Source: Iphione sp. A-MEVVRFRX5 (lineage: Eukaryota). Taken from it: 64,000 nucleotides of DNA. Under the pieces are notes generated by a model. The model was not told where the DNA came from and ran no database searches. It saw only the letters and a list, made by a program, of their open reading frames with translations. Numbering within the stretch: position 1 is the first letter of the stretch; every line of letters starts with the position of its first letter. A program made the position numbers and the translations under genes. Below, one piece after another: positions 12,354-25,539 of this stretch. The stretch is from the NCBI GenBank assembly GCA_976226885.1, contig OZ320316.1:86490001-86554000 (forward strand), read 5' to 3'.

Positions 12354-13397
12354 TACAGTGCTCCTGTTTGATTTCAATTCGTGTTATTAATCAGTAAACT
12401 AGTATTTTTGATAATTTCTGCGTAGTGTCTCTATTACTTAACATGAAGTGTACCCTATTGCTACTGGTCACTATATGTTTGAAATACATGGTGGAAATTT
12501 TTGTGCCATATTTATACTGACAATTTAAGGTATATAGTGCGCGGGAAATCCAGTTAACGGTCTAGAAGTAATTATCATCTGTAAAACATGTACCAAAAAC
12601 TGATGCCTTTTTGGATAGCTTATGTGTAGAGCATTTCAGACAAACAAAAAAATCAGGGGGCTGTTATACTTATTCCTTAGTTTTAGTATACACGTTTTGC
12701 AGCCATGTTGGAAACAATAGGGGAAACCACAAATCCATGTAAAATACTAAGAACTGGTATCAAGAAGTTCACTTAACTATATGGAATTATAAATGTCTGT
12801 GCAACAGTTTTTATTGTCAACATGAAGCGTAAAACTCGATAAAAGCAATAGCAGTTTTTTTCTTAGCAGACCCACCCACGTTTACTAATTTCCACATATT
12901 TAAAAGCGATGATTGAGGATTTCCATCCCTTCTCTGCATGACCTACTTTTTGACACATGAGCATCCTTAATGTTTTGTGCGAGCAGGATGCAGTCAGTGT
13001 TGTATGGCAGCCTCAGCTCGATGTAAAACCACCATCTGTTGACTCCCAAAATTGTTTGGCCTTAAATTTCTTTCATGAAAGCACCGTAGACTGCACCTAT
13101 TCGGTTCAGCAGTACTTGAATATTGTTAGCGGCAATGTAACAACAATACTACGTGTAACGCTAAACATGAAGTTGTTGTTGCTAGCCTTGTATTATGCCA
13201 TAATCTGAAGACACGGGAAGCTATCCTTTTCCTGTGATGCTAGAAGGTCTGCTTCGTTCCCAGAGAACTTTCCTTTGATTCTATTTCATATTTACATTGC
13301 TAAAATATGACTAAAAGGTATCAGAAATACACAGACACCTGTACTAAAGATTATATGAGGCAAACAACGAGTAACAGTTTCCTCGGCTGATACTTCA

Positions 13398-13556
13398 CAG
13401 GCCCGTAGCCAGGAAGATTTTTGGGGGGTATCAGACGATACCCCAATACCCAAGAGGTGGAACTAATGTTTTTGTATTCCTATATAGGCCTATAGTAATA
13501 AATGCCTGTGGGGGGTATCGGACGATACCCCCGATACCCCCTTGGCTACGGGCCTG
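13398..13556. mobile_element. MITE with CAGGCCCGTAGCCA TIRs, copy 2, 159 bp
   Basis: CAGGCCCGTAGCCAG...TTGGCTACGGGCCTG with flanks CTTCA / CTTTA (5-bp TSD, one mismatch) and GGGGTATCGGACGATACCCC subterminal motifs. Confidence 0.85.
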
Positions 13557-15749
13557 CTTTACATACACATAGAGGAAACCGAACGCTAAATGGGCTGCAT
13601 CTCTATACGTATACATGTAGAGTCACAGAGGCTGAGCAGGCAACAGCTGCGGTTACCATGACCATGCCATTTGCAAGAGCAAATGCAATGGCTTTGTCTG
13701 TGGGGGCATGAGGAAACACCACCTAAGTTCTGCACTGATCAGGGTTCTCCGGATAAGTTCTGTCTGAAAATCCAAAATGGCCACAGAGTGCTGAAACTTG
13801 GTGGGAACATTGTGGGCCTGACCCGCAACATACTTCTAATCTCCTGAAAAGATCTGACAAACTCGGGTTCTTGGATTTTTTCCTCGCCATACAGAGCTGA
13901 AGCACATTGCGGGCCTGGCCTACAGTGCTCTGGGAACATTCCAGATAAGTTTGTGTCCGAACTTCAAAATGGCTGGAGCCCACCAAAAGTTGGGGAAAAG
14001 TATGCCCAATGCACACACTATAACCCTATAAAGTCACAGCTCTGTACTGATGCACATTTGGATTCAAAGTGCACCTCCAATACAGGGTGTCCAACAGGTC
14101 CCCATGCCCCGTGATGTCATGGCTGCAGACCTTAGTGCAAGCACTGGAAACTGTTTGTACCGTCCCCTCAGAGGTGCATGCAAAAGCGCGGAACTGACCC
14201 ATGAGTGGGCTTCCTCCAGGACCATTGGTGAAATGTTACAGTCCCCTGCCCATATAATTCAGGCAAAAATGCTCTGATTGGGCCAAAATTTGGCTGGGTT
14301 TTGTGGTTACACTTTCACTGGGGTGCAGAGTTTTGGACCCCAGTTTTGGGGACCTGAGACCCAATGGTCCCCAACCCTCAAAAACTTGCACAAGGGTCCC
14401 AGGAACATGCACAAAACATTTCAGGCGTGTATGCCCAGCAGTTCCTGAGATATAGCAGAAACACTGCAGGTACCCCCAAGGGGGGCCCCAGTGCCTCCCA
14501 AGATGGCCACGATTGCAGGGGGGATGCCCCAAATGTGGGGAAGGACAGTCCAAATGGGACTCCCCTTCCCTATTAGTTGTTGTGGCAAGTCTGGACCTGG
14601 ATGTAAGCACCTTGGAGGGGTTCATAAGGAACCCCCTGGACAGGGTTCTGGCATCTGCTGATCACCTGCTGACCAGCTCAGAAGACCAGGAACAACTCTA
14701 AGTCTACAAGTCTGCCAGAGAAGATGACAGAACAAGTCAACGACATTGAGGTGGTGAAGTTCAGTTCAGGTCTGGACACAGACACTGAAGGGACTTTCCC
14801 CTCACTCAAGTGTGGGCAAGTTCCTCTGGAGGAACTTGTTAAAACCCAGCCTGATTCAGCTCTTAAACTGGGCAGGGGATCTGCAGCCGGGCTGGTTCTG
14901 GCCCGGGGTGGTTCTGGTTCAGGAACCCCCAGGAATCTGGCTGTCCCAAAACAGCAAGCGGCCTCCAAGAACTCAGCCTCTATGGTGGAGCCTCCAAACT
15001 GGGGGATCCTCCTAACCAGGACTCCAGGAGCAGGCCTGTCAAGATGAGGAAGAGGCGGGTGAGATCCCATTCAAGGTCCTCTTCAGGATCACGGTCCAGG
15101 TCCCGCTGTAACTTGAGAAATTGCTCTTGAGGCAGCTCTAGCTCCAACAACCAGATGATGATAGCCATGCGCTGCATGGTAGAGACATGCACTGACTGCA
15201 TGGACATGTCTCAGTGGAGTGAGACCCTGCTGACTTATCGCCACAAGTGTAGGCAACACTAAGTGTCCAGCTCAGAGTCGTCAAGAGATGCTGAGATGTC
15301 TGATGAGTGGGTGCTGTCAGATGACCCAATGCAGACCCTGTATGCACCGACAGTCCCAGCTGATGGGACAACAGCAGCGACGACAGCAGCCATTGACCAG
15401 CAGGACCCAGCAGCAGTCACCCAAGTGCTGACTCAGCCGGGGCCAAGTGGAAGCCTGGACAAGTTCCAGGCTGAGAGACCAGTCGCCAAGGACCACACCA
15501 TGATGGCAGCCTCACCAGCAGTGGAGCACTTGGTCTCCACCTATTGGAATTACCTGCTGATGCAGAGACCAAAAAACGGGTAGTGCTGGCAGGCCAAGAG
15601 GCCTGCCAACCACAAGAGCAACCAGTGCCACCAGCAGCTGAAGAAGAAGTAAAGGTTGGTGTAGCTCCTTTACTCCCTCACTCTTGTTGTGCTGTTGACT
15701 TCCCACTTGTGCCCCCCTCTGACATTATGATTACCCCAGGGCCTTTCAG

Positions 15750-17200
15750 AGCAGGAAGACTGGTGGACAGGGCTGACAGATAGGAGACCCTGACTGGTAA
15801 CATGTTCATCAGGAACTTGGCCAGAGGAGTAACCCTGGACCTAACTGGGCATCTGGAACAAAACCATGCCCCCTCACTCCAGAGTCTGAAAAGGACTTTG
15901 ACATTTTCTGCAGGCTGGTTGATGGCCTGCTGGAAGAGGGAGGCATCACATGGAGGAGGCATCACCCTCAGCATGCTCCTTTGTGTCCACAATATTCTTG
16001 AGGCTAAAGAAAGATGGTTCCCACAGGATCTCACTGAACTTGAAGAACGTCAACCAGTGGATCCCCCCACTAGCATTTCAAGATGGAGAACCTGTCATCT
16101 TTCCTCTCACTGGTGGAGAAGAACTTCTTCTTGACCTCAGTGGACATAGTGCATGTCTACTTCTCAGTCTCAGTGAGGGACCAAGACAGAGAGATTCCCT
16201 CCAGTTCATACTGGGGGAATGTAGGTATCACTTCACTTGCCTCTTGAACAGACTGGCATCTGCACCTAGATGTTCACCTAGATGATGTGTGCAGTGCTGT
16301 TAGATGTTAGCCAGTGCACAGATGCCATTATGTCAGCCTACCTGGGTGACATCATTGTCTATCACAGTGAGGCAGCAGTCATGGCCCAGGGCACTAGGGT
16401 CGTGGTGGAGAGTCTACAAGACCTAGGGTTCCTGGTACACCCTGACAAGTCATCTGGGATTCATGATTGACTTGGTGTCACTCATGGTCTGACTGCCAGA
16501 GGCAAAGGTGGTGGAGAGTTCAAGCAAGGAGTACCTAAGTAAGGACTCCCCCTAAGTCTGGCAGCTGGCCGCCCTGGCTGGCAAACTGCAAGCAACATCA
16601 CATGCAATCCCCCTGGCCAACCTGTACACCATGAACATCGTAGCGGACAAGAACAAGGAATTGGTGGTGGCAGGGGGTGACTTTGATGCTCCAGCATCAC
16701 TGTCCAAGCAGTTTTGGAGGGACCTACAGTGGTGGTTGAGTCCCGTGGGCCCAGACACCAGGCCCATAAAAGACCCCCCGGTCCATGTGGAAATTTATAC
16801 CAATGCCTCAAAGACAAGCTGGGAAATATATGCTGAGAGCACAGGACAGTCCTATGGGGAAGCCTGGACTGTGAAGGCAGCCCACAGGCACATAAACGAA
16901 CCAGAGTTGTGGGCTGTGAAGGTGGCCCTGAGTAGCACGGAGTCCCTGTGTGCAGGGAACCATGTCTGGATACATACGGACAACACAACCACCCTGCTCA
17001 CAATCCAGACAAAGGCTCTGCCTGGTCACTGCCCTGTAATGACTTTGCCAGGGAAATCCTGGTCTTTTACGAGAAAAGGGGCATCACCCTCTCCATGGCA
17101 TTCTGCCTGGGGGTGGACAACATGGAGACAGATGAGGCAAGTTGCCAATTCAAGGACTGTGGGGAGTGGGCTCTGAACCCCACTGTGTTTGCCACTCTCC
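15750..17200 (+). pseudogene. DIRS reverse transcriptase and RNase H (frameshifted, with stops)
   Basis: YLGD at 16339-16350 (canonical YLDD). ORF 16631-17176 has LQWWL, IYTNASKTSW (cf. TDASxxGW), HINEPELWAV (cf. HINxLELxA) and IHTDNTT. DNMETDEASC matches NxxADxLSR. Confidence 0.85.
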
Positions 17201-17234
17201 TTGAACAAGAAGTAGGGGGGGGCACCTGAACATT

Positions 17235-17420
17235 GACATTGATCTGTTCGTCTCTAGGTTTAACCACAAGTGTGACCATTATGTGGCCTGGGGTTACAAC
17301 CCCAATGCTGTAGCAATGGATGCCTTTTCCCTCAACTGGTCAGGACTAAATGCACTCATTTTCCCCCTGTTTGTTGTTATTGTCACCACCAGGCCAACTA
17401 TTTCTCAATTTAGGCCTTGT
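17235..17420 (+). pseudogene. DIRS-associated Dam-like DNA adenine methyltransferase relic
   Basis: Translates as DIDLFVSRFNHKCDHYVAWGYNPNAVAMDAFSLNWSGLNALIFPLF. This matches the DLFAS-N...DAF-xxW...FPPF pattern that follows RNase H in many DIRS1-like elements. Confidence 0.75.
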
Positions 17421-17590
17421 GTGCCTTTATTGGGGTAGAGGGCCTCTGCTCCTGACTCCGCTTGCCTTCAAGCATCACCTTGGGCCTTGTGGCACTTCCT
17501 CGAAGAGCCTAACAAGAGTCCAGGTACTGGGATACTAGCACAGAACACAAATCTTCTCTTGGTATGACATCACTGACCACATGATTAATA

Positions 17591-17826
17591 TGCTAATTAA
17601 ATGAGTTTACGATGTTTGATTAGATTTATCTAGTGGGAACAGTGACATCATACTAAGGGCCCACCCTGGGTAACCTAGAATCTACATTGGCATAGGACTT
17701 GGTTTCTTCCTCACCCAAATTAGCCAGTATCCCGGCACTAAATATGGCAAATAATGACTAGAAGCACACATGGTTCTTCCTACTAGATTAATCCTAATCA
17801 AACATCATAAACTCATTTAATTAGCA
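17591..17826. repeat. ~50-bp inverted repeat at the DIRS 3' end (ICR / terminal-repeat-like)
   Basis: 17591-17640 (TGCTAATTAAATGAGTTTACGATGTTTGATTAG...GGGAAC) pairs with 17773-17826 (GTTC...CTAATCAAACATCATAAACTCATTTAATTAGCA). Confidence 0.88.
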
Positions 17827-20800
17827 CATTGAGGAAACTCTGTTATTGAGTGTTCCATGCTTATGACTAGAACCTACACACCTAAGACCCTTGTTTTAGC
17901 TCCTGGGCTCATGAAGGTAGTCCCAATTCTGGAAGTTGCCGCTTTCTTTCTAGTGGCCATAGTTGCGTGCTGTTCACTTATTTGTTTTTTAATGTGTCCT
18001 TGTTGATTTTCATTCATGTTGCTAGCTTTGTATTTTTTCACTGTTCACCTGGTACCCTCCCCTCCTCCCCGATGGGGGCCCCTAGTATCACATAATCTCT
18101 ATGTGTATGTGAAAACTGAGGATTCCAGTCTCTGCCATTCAGTATGTCAACGTGAACAAGTTTCACCCAGTGATTTTTATATCAAGTGTTATGGACAACT
18201 GGGTGTACTTTCCGAGAGACGAACGGGTTTTGTTCTTGCAGTTTGCACTTTAAAGGTCTATTCAGGTGAAAGGGTTTATGCGTGCCTAAGTATGTGTAGT
18301 AGGACCAGTTTGTTTTGGTTACCGCCTTGAGCAGTGTCGAACTGGGTGGGGGTGGTCCATTGTTACCTAATTTCTATCTTGTTGGAAGTTGTAATTTTTC
18401 ATCTGGAGCCACCCAGAAAACCTCCACGCTGTCCCACTGGAAATAGGGATAACCTCCCCTGTGAAAATATTAGTGGGAAGAGAGAGTATCCACTGTTGTG
18501 GAATACTGTGAGGATGAAAGATTTCCCTTTTGTTTGGTATATGTGTATATGTTACCTGGAAAGAGGTGTGTGTGTACATTGGCTTTGTAGTAAAACCCTC
18601 CTCCTAGCTGTCTCCTATCTTACATGTGACGTAGGTCATAGTAGGTATGTGAAACCATTTACCAAAAGGATGTTGATAAAATGTAATTAAGGCAGATTTT
18701 CATTCCATTCCATCTTGCACTTGTTTGAAACGTTCAATTAGGTGCATATATTATAGTCAAATCGAATGTTGCGTTTGACAAGGAGCCAGCCCATCAGTTT
18801 TGGTTCTGTTACATATTGTCAAGCTTTATAGTACCTGAAATAGTAGAAGTAGTTTATTTGAATTAGGTCATGTCTCTGTGTGTGCTATTAGCTACCCATT
18901 GAGGATTAATACTCCAACAGAGCAATCTTTCTGAATGGACTTCATATATCAAGTTGCTTAATCATGAAGAGTTTTTCTACACCTATAACAATAGTATGAT
19001 GATAGCCTTTCTACAGTGGAAGTCCATGCGGATATCATTTTTGAAGATTATCAATAAATACTCACGAAATATGAATAGTTTGACATGTAAGACACAGAAA
19101 AGGACAGTGACCACCTGCCATAACATCCCAAACAGAAACATAAAGAGAGGGGACTGATTGAGGGAGACAGTACGCTTATGAATACATAATTTGATAAAGT
19201 GATTGCTAAGAGGGCTTTCTTTAAACATCAGTAGCATGGTACTCCGGTAGACTGTCAGTGTGACCTCTCAGGAGAAAATGTACTAGTGTGTATAACAGGA
19301 ATATACCTGTTCTAAAATATGGAGACCGCTGCAAATGCCTTTGCAGGCGTTTACTGACCATGCAGAATCCAAGACGATGTATTTTTAACAATTATTGATA
19401 AATAGTCTTACCTTAGTCTTTCCTGCATCCTAAGCAATGGAGCGGCATTTCACAAAGGAAAAAGACATAGAGCTCATAAAATAAAAACCGAAGGAGGCTT
19501 CAGGTGGAGTCAGTTGACTGTCTTTGGCGTTTTTGGAAATTAATGGTATAGATATAGATCACGTGATAGTATTGATCTATTCTAGGAATCGTACTCTAAG
19601 TGAAATAAAAAATGTCAGTAAATTGAAATGCAAATAAGATTAAGCTCATGCTCTTTGATGGTAAATAGGAAGAAACCTGTCCCCAAATTACCAAATTGTG
19701 TCAAATACGTGTAGTGTTTCAATATATAAAGAAATTCAAATACATGTACTTTGGTATTTTTCTGGACAGCAAATGTGCTTATAAATGCTGAGAGTGAAGC
19801 AGGGGTTGTTTTACCGCTCTGATACAATTTGTACAGTCGGGTGAAGCTAAGAACATATCTCAATCAAGATGCTGCGTTGGTGTATAAACTCTATCATATC
19901 TTGCATAATTATAACGACTTATTATTGAATATTAAGAAAACTTATAACCTTCTGATTTTACTTCAGTATGTCCAAAAGAGGCAAATTGGTCAAGGGTGTG
20001 CTGATGTCGATTTAAAAAGAATGTCTTACTTGCAAGAGGATCTTGATTATAGGAATCGCCTGGTGGTTGGGTGTGCAGAATATGCTCTCAATGGGCCCCT
20101 ATCTTCATGCCATACTTCCTTTAATACTGCCATGTACAGTGTCTCTGTTGCCTAGAATTTCATTTCATAATTTTACCTCCTGAATAAGGTTGGGGGTGGA
20201 ATATTCTTTTTGGGTCTAGGTGTACGAGGTCAAATTTAATAATTAAAAAGGATATGCAGATATCATTCAATTATAAGCTCTACATGATTATTAGCTGCGA
20301 CAGTGGATGTGACATGCAACATGAAAACAATCCGTTTCCATAATATATTTCAGGTTACTATTTTCTAGGTGGAAGTCAAATGTTCTTGTACTTCACACGA
20401 AAACATGGCCGTGTTGCCTGAAAATTTGAAACTCTCCCAATCTGCTATGTTGCCATGTTTTCAAGGAACTTCAGCCTAAATGAAGGGTTACTGTATCTTA
20501 ACTTTAAATTTAGTGAACAACTTCCAAAAGACCGAGAACGAAATATAGACATTTACATAACATGTACACATCAAATTTGCTACTTCAAGCTAGGTCAGAT
20601 AATAAGGGGTTATCAAACCTAAGTGTTGAAGGTGGTTAATATCTTCAGACCAAGATATTCTCCTTGTATAGAAGTTTTCTTCTCATTGTTCTTTACGTTG
20701 CAAGTCCCGTTGAATGTCCTGGTGTGACTATACAAACTCTGTCAAGAGCTGTTCCCTGCACACAAATATACAACAAAAATACCTCAAACCCTTTATGCTC

Positions 20801-20880
20801 CCCTGTTGCTTGAAGTGTATTCCGAATATTGTGTTTCCTAGACATTTAATGCTCTCCTAGTGTGACAAATGCACTCTATC

Positions 20881-21780
20881 ATGGAAGAAGTGAGCGATTG
20901 GTGCAAGCCGAACAGACTTATAATGAATAGTTCAAAGACCAAAATACTACCTGGTTATGCCAACAATCAAAGCCAAACTATCACATCAAAATTGGGAATG
21001 ACCTTGAATATGTAGAGAACTATACCTACCTAGGCATAATATTAGAATCATCAATGAAATTTAAAGATGAGTTTGGTAAATTCACTAAACAGATTCTGCA
21101 AAAAGTTGCTCTGCTAAATAGACTAAAACCCTATCTTGATTGTACTCATAAGATTATACAAAGGGTTCATTTTGCCACATGTTGATTATTCAATGGCAAT
21201 GCTAAACAGTTGTAGTAAGAAGGACCACAACAAACTGCAAAGTATACAGGATAGAACCTGCCATAATATATACAAACTTTAAGAGCTATTACATATTGAA
21301 GGACCTGCATATCTTATTTAATATAATGTCTATGGATCAGAAAAGAAAATGTTCCTACTCAGTATTTTACACACTTTGAATCTACATGAACTACTGCAAA
21401 GACAGGAACCTAAACCTACAAGGCAGTCTGATGCCACTCTGTTACATGTACTTAAACGAATGACTGAACTAATTACAAAGACTGTGCATTATCGAGACAT
21501 CAATAAATGGAAATCGCTTGACCCATTCTTTAGGGGACTGGATTCAATTGAACTCTTCAGAAAACTGAAAACTCAAGATATGCCAAGTAGCCAATGCAAA
21601 CCATATGGAACTACAGCTACATTCTTCACCTTCATTCCTGGTATTGACTTTTACATTTAGTAGATTAAGTCTGCTTTCTTCTTTACATCATGTTTGCATA
21701 TAACCTGCCAACTATGTACGACTGGGTTTTAAAACCATCTCTGAGAGACAAAATTGGGATGAATAAGATCTTATCTTAGT
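20881..21780 (+). mobile_element. 5'-truncated CR1/L2-type LINE (RT C-terminal half and 3' end), decayed
   Basis: MEEVSDWCKPNRLIMNSSKTKIL, LEYVENYTYLGIILESSMKF, FILPHVDY and KLQSIQDR, then TRQSD...YRDINKWKSL...FRKLK (ORF 21349-21660). Ends with an AATAAGATCTTATCTTA tail at about 21762-21779. Confidence 0.8.
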
Positions 21781-24700
21781 TTGTACTAGAAAAGCCATAA
21801 TACCAGAATGGCGTACACCACCTCTTGGCAAGGGTCCCACTGGTTACTTTTGCTGCATTTGTATATGATACCCCTGGGGTTCCACCCAGTTGAAGCCATT
21901 TTTGTTTGTTTGTTTGACCATGGGTCATCAGCAATTGAAGGAAATGGTGTAGTGGCGGAGGTTTTGGTATAGGTGGGCCTTATCAGGAATGATGATTTTT
22001 TTTTCAATTTCTCATCAGCCATCCCTTAGTATAAGCTCTAACTATACTTTGTCTTTTTGTCCTGGTGTGTTATTCTTTGCCACTGTGGTACACACTCCTC
22101 CCCCTCAAGCTTAGAGGGAGTATCTCAATATCAGGTTTGTAGAAAGGAAAGATGGTTCCTGTTGTACAAAAACACTGACAGGGTCTTTCAATGCCATTAT
22201 GTGTTGGTTCTGTTATTGAGATGTGCGTGTTAGTGGAAGGTAAAAGACTCTTTCGTTATCTAAACAAAATTCATTTTAACAAAGGCTATTTGGTTAACCA
22301 ATTGAGGCTAGCCATGCGGTGATATTTCTATACACTATCGCTAGGGTGCGTGCTGACTTCAGATGACTTTAAGGAAAAGCCGTGATGATCAGACCTTTGA
22401 ATTAAAAATTTGGGAATTTAGCGTAAGTACAGTTTTATCATATAAATAGTTACAGGATCTTCTGATTCAGATAAACAGGGAGGTTTTACATTGAAAGCTT
22501 TGATAGGTATTTCTAGAATCGAGCAGAATGTTGTTGTTCCAAATTGTGCATGGTAGCCCCAATCATAACCCTTATCTTATAGCAGGGAGCAGCAATGGCT
22601 ATACATTTATACCCATGTTAGCTATTTGCCGAATACATGATGTAATTTCGCATGATATGTTGGTACCTGTTTAACAGGTACATGCATTGTTGTGTGTTTG
22701 CATTGATGAATATGCATGCACCTGTATATTTAGGTGCCACATGTCATAGAACACTTCAACATGCAACAAACGCTACTTCCCAAGTCAATGTTTAGGTACT
22801 TTACTCATTGTCATAAAAAACGTTAATCCTACCATTAATGCAAAATTTCCTTGTGGTATAATGACTATGTTACACTGTGTGTTACATGTGCCCTAGAAAG
22901 ACAGTATGCATGGAAATCATGAAGATCCATACATGTGAATTTTCCTCCTAGACATTTTCTTATGGAAGAATCCATACCAACCCGGACATTTGCTGTTAAC
23001 GAATAGTAGCGTATAAATATATATTTACTCATAAGATGGAATATGAGATGTAAGTACATGTATACAAATTTAAAATACAACAGAAAACAATTGCATGATG
23101 CTCGAGTATATAATGTAGGAGGAGTAAATCTTCCAAAATCACCAAATGCTTCTGAACACGTAGATTGCCTTCAGAACCGGTTGAGGGAAAATAATACACA
23201 AAGGAGGTAATTGAAATAAAGAATTTATACGAAAGCTTCCGATTCCCATTTATGACATGCTCCGTGTGATAAGGATAAACCATTATGTAGGACAGTAGTT
23301 CCCTAATGTATGCTCTAGTAGTTTTTCTTGCCACATATAATAATGACAAATTATGCCTCCACTCTATGACGGGCGTATATGCATAATTGAGCCTTCGCTG
23401 GTAGTATTGCTTTAATTATAGTAAAGCTTAATTAATGTGAAAGAGGCAAAGGGGAAGTCACTACTGTTGGTAATCTCATTAGACACCCTGGAGACTCAGC
23501 CATTAAACACAATAGTCTACCTGTTTTCTTTTTTAGCATTTTTTCTCTTGCTGTCAGGGTGGGTAAAGTAAAAAAGATATTATTAAGCCGAACACAAATT
23601 AGGGTCTTATCGTATATTCTTCTCTGTAATCCAGCAGAAGGGTATTTCACAGGGGCAGATGTAAGGTATGGACAGCAATAAAGATAGAAATTTTTAAAAC
23701 ACCCCAAACAGAAGCCTCATTCTGCTTTATTAATTTCAATGCGATCACCCCGGGATATTGAATTCAATTTATGCATTTACGAGGAAACCTGATCTAAGCA
23801 ATTTGTATTTTTAGACGACTTTAAAAGGACAATTTTATTTTAGAACGACTTGATTCTGTAGTTTGCAAGCACCTTTTGCTTGACATTTATTCACCAACGA
23901 CATCATATGTGACCTTAGATCACTAGACACTTATTTACTGTTGGACGTTATGCTTTAGAATTGAAGCATATGCAAATGAATCCTTTTCTCAGTCTATTTT
24001 CAGTGTTCATTGTAATTTTCGACATTTGGAGAAACATCTACTTCTCAGACACGAGTTTATTTATATGTGATGCTTTCCAGCAGCGAAATGTAGCGAAATG
24101 TTAGTTTAGATCTTTGAACTACAGTTGCTTAAACCCTGTGCCGTTGAGACATTTACAGCTATTCCATGTATACGATCCACTTGTGTTGCTGGTCCTGTTG
24201 ATAAACAACCGCCTTTTTTAAAAGGAAAAATGTCAGATACATTATACATGTACATGCAACTGGGATCGGCCCTGCGCAAGCACCTGCATGTGGGGTCAGT
24301 TAAATGCCAATCTGTAAGGCCTCCTTGACTTTGATTTTGTACTTCATACCCCTTGTTCACCTCGGTATATGAAAATTAGAGTGAATGCGCTGATGCAGTT
24401 AACCTGGCAATATCTATACATGTCATAATTCCTTCTAAATATAGTTTTTTTCTCTTAATTCTCACTTCTGAAAACTTAGTGCGCAGATGAGGTAGATATA
24501 CCTAGCAGTAACGGCGTAGTGCCGATGCCATTTTAATTTCATGTGATGTCTTCACGAAAGGTTTACAGGTAGCGGCTCTTTTGACATCTTTCATTTATTA
24601 AAGTTTTCGTTATTTGTCGATGTGTTTAATGTCCACGTAATAGCATGAGTAAAACATACGAACCACAAAGTCGCAATAAAATACACGGTATAATATCAAG

Positions 24701-25378
24701 TTTAAAGGCATGATGACAAATAGAAATTGATACTCAGTATTAAATCCAATGATATGGGCACGTGGAATTTTATAAACAAGAAACGCGTATCTAGATATCA
24801 AAGAATTGCTTCCCTTAAAACCAATGATTCTTTGAGAGCTTTTACCACTTGTAATTAGTCCAAATGCAACGCGTAATTCTAGCAGTAATTAGGATGACGT
24901 GCATCAATCAACATATCTTCATCACTCCGCAGATGTTACACAGTTCATTGCCTCTTATATTCAAGGCCAATAATAATGCGTCGAATTCTTGCATCCTTAT
25001 TGAAACACTGCTGTTATGAATTTTCAGCAGTTAAAAGAATGACTCGTTTCTTTTGATAGTGGAAAAGTATTCACCAATCGCTTTTGTGCCTATAAATAAT
25101 CCTACTGCAAACGTCATAGCCAAGTGCTTCCGGCATAGACAAGCTGCATGCTAGGCCTAGGCCTTTAAATTCTAACCCTAAAACTTTCTTCTTTGACTCC
25201 TTGTAACTTAGAATCTATTTCATGGAAAAATACCAAGGTTACTGTGAATTATTGTTAGTATGCCTTCTTTGTGCATGTAAAAGCAAGTAATTCTATCAGT
25301 AATATTAGCAGAACTAATTAGACTTCCCATTGCTTGAATTTCCCATGCTTGTGGTAGGATGCCTGTAGTTTGCTACAC

Positions 25379-25539
25379 CAGGCCCGTAGCCAAGGGGGTA
25401 TCGGGGGTATTGTCTGATACCCCCAACAAAACCTAATGTCTATAGACCTACATAGACATAAAGTCTCCAGGAGCTCCACCTCTGGGGTATCGAGGGTATT
25501 GTCTGACACCCCCAATAACAATTCCTGGCTACGGGCATG
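25379..25539. mobile_element. MITE with CAGGCCCGTAGCCA TIRs, copy 3, 161 bp
   Basis: CAGGCCCGTAGCCAAGGGGGTATCGGGGG...CTGGCTACGGGCATG (one terminal mismatch). The flanks TACAC / CAGAC match only 3 of 5. Confidence 0.8.

Larger units (their letters stand above)
14200..17826 (+). mobile_element. Decayed DIRS1-like tyrosine-recombinase retrotransposon lacking the YR ORF
   Basis: Ser/Arg-rich gag-like fragments (RRRVRSHSRSSSGSRSRSR) are followed by pol pieces (AGRL...; TIFLRLKKDGSHRISLNLK; LDL; LASAP; YLGD; LGFLVHPDKS), RNase H, a methyltransferase relic and a terminal inverted repeat. The left boundary is approximate. Confidence 0.85.

Noticed and set aside
12524-12903. Possible third Kolobok-like element with TTTAA ends
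   Set aside because: The terminal similarity is too degenerate to define TIRs.
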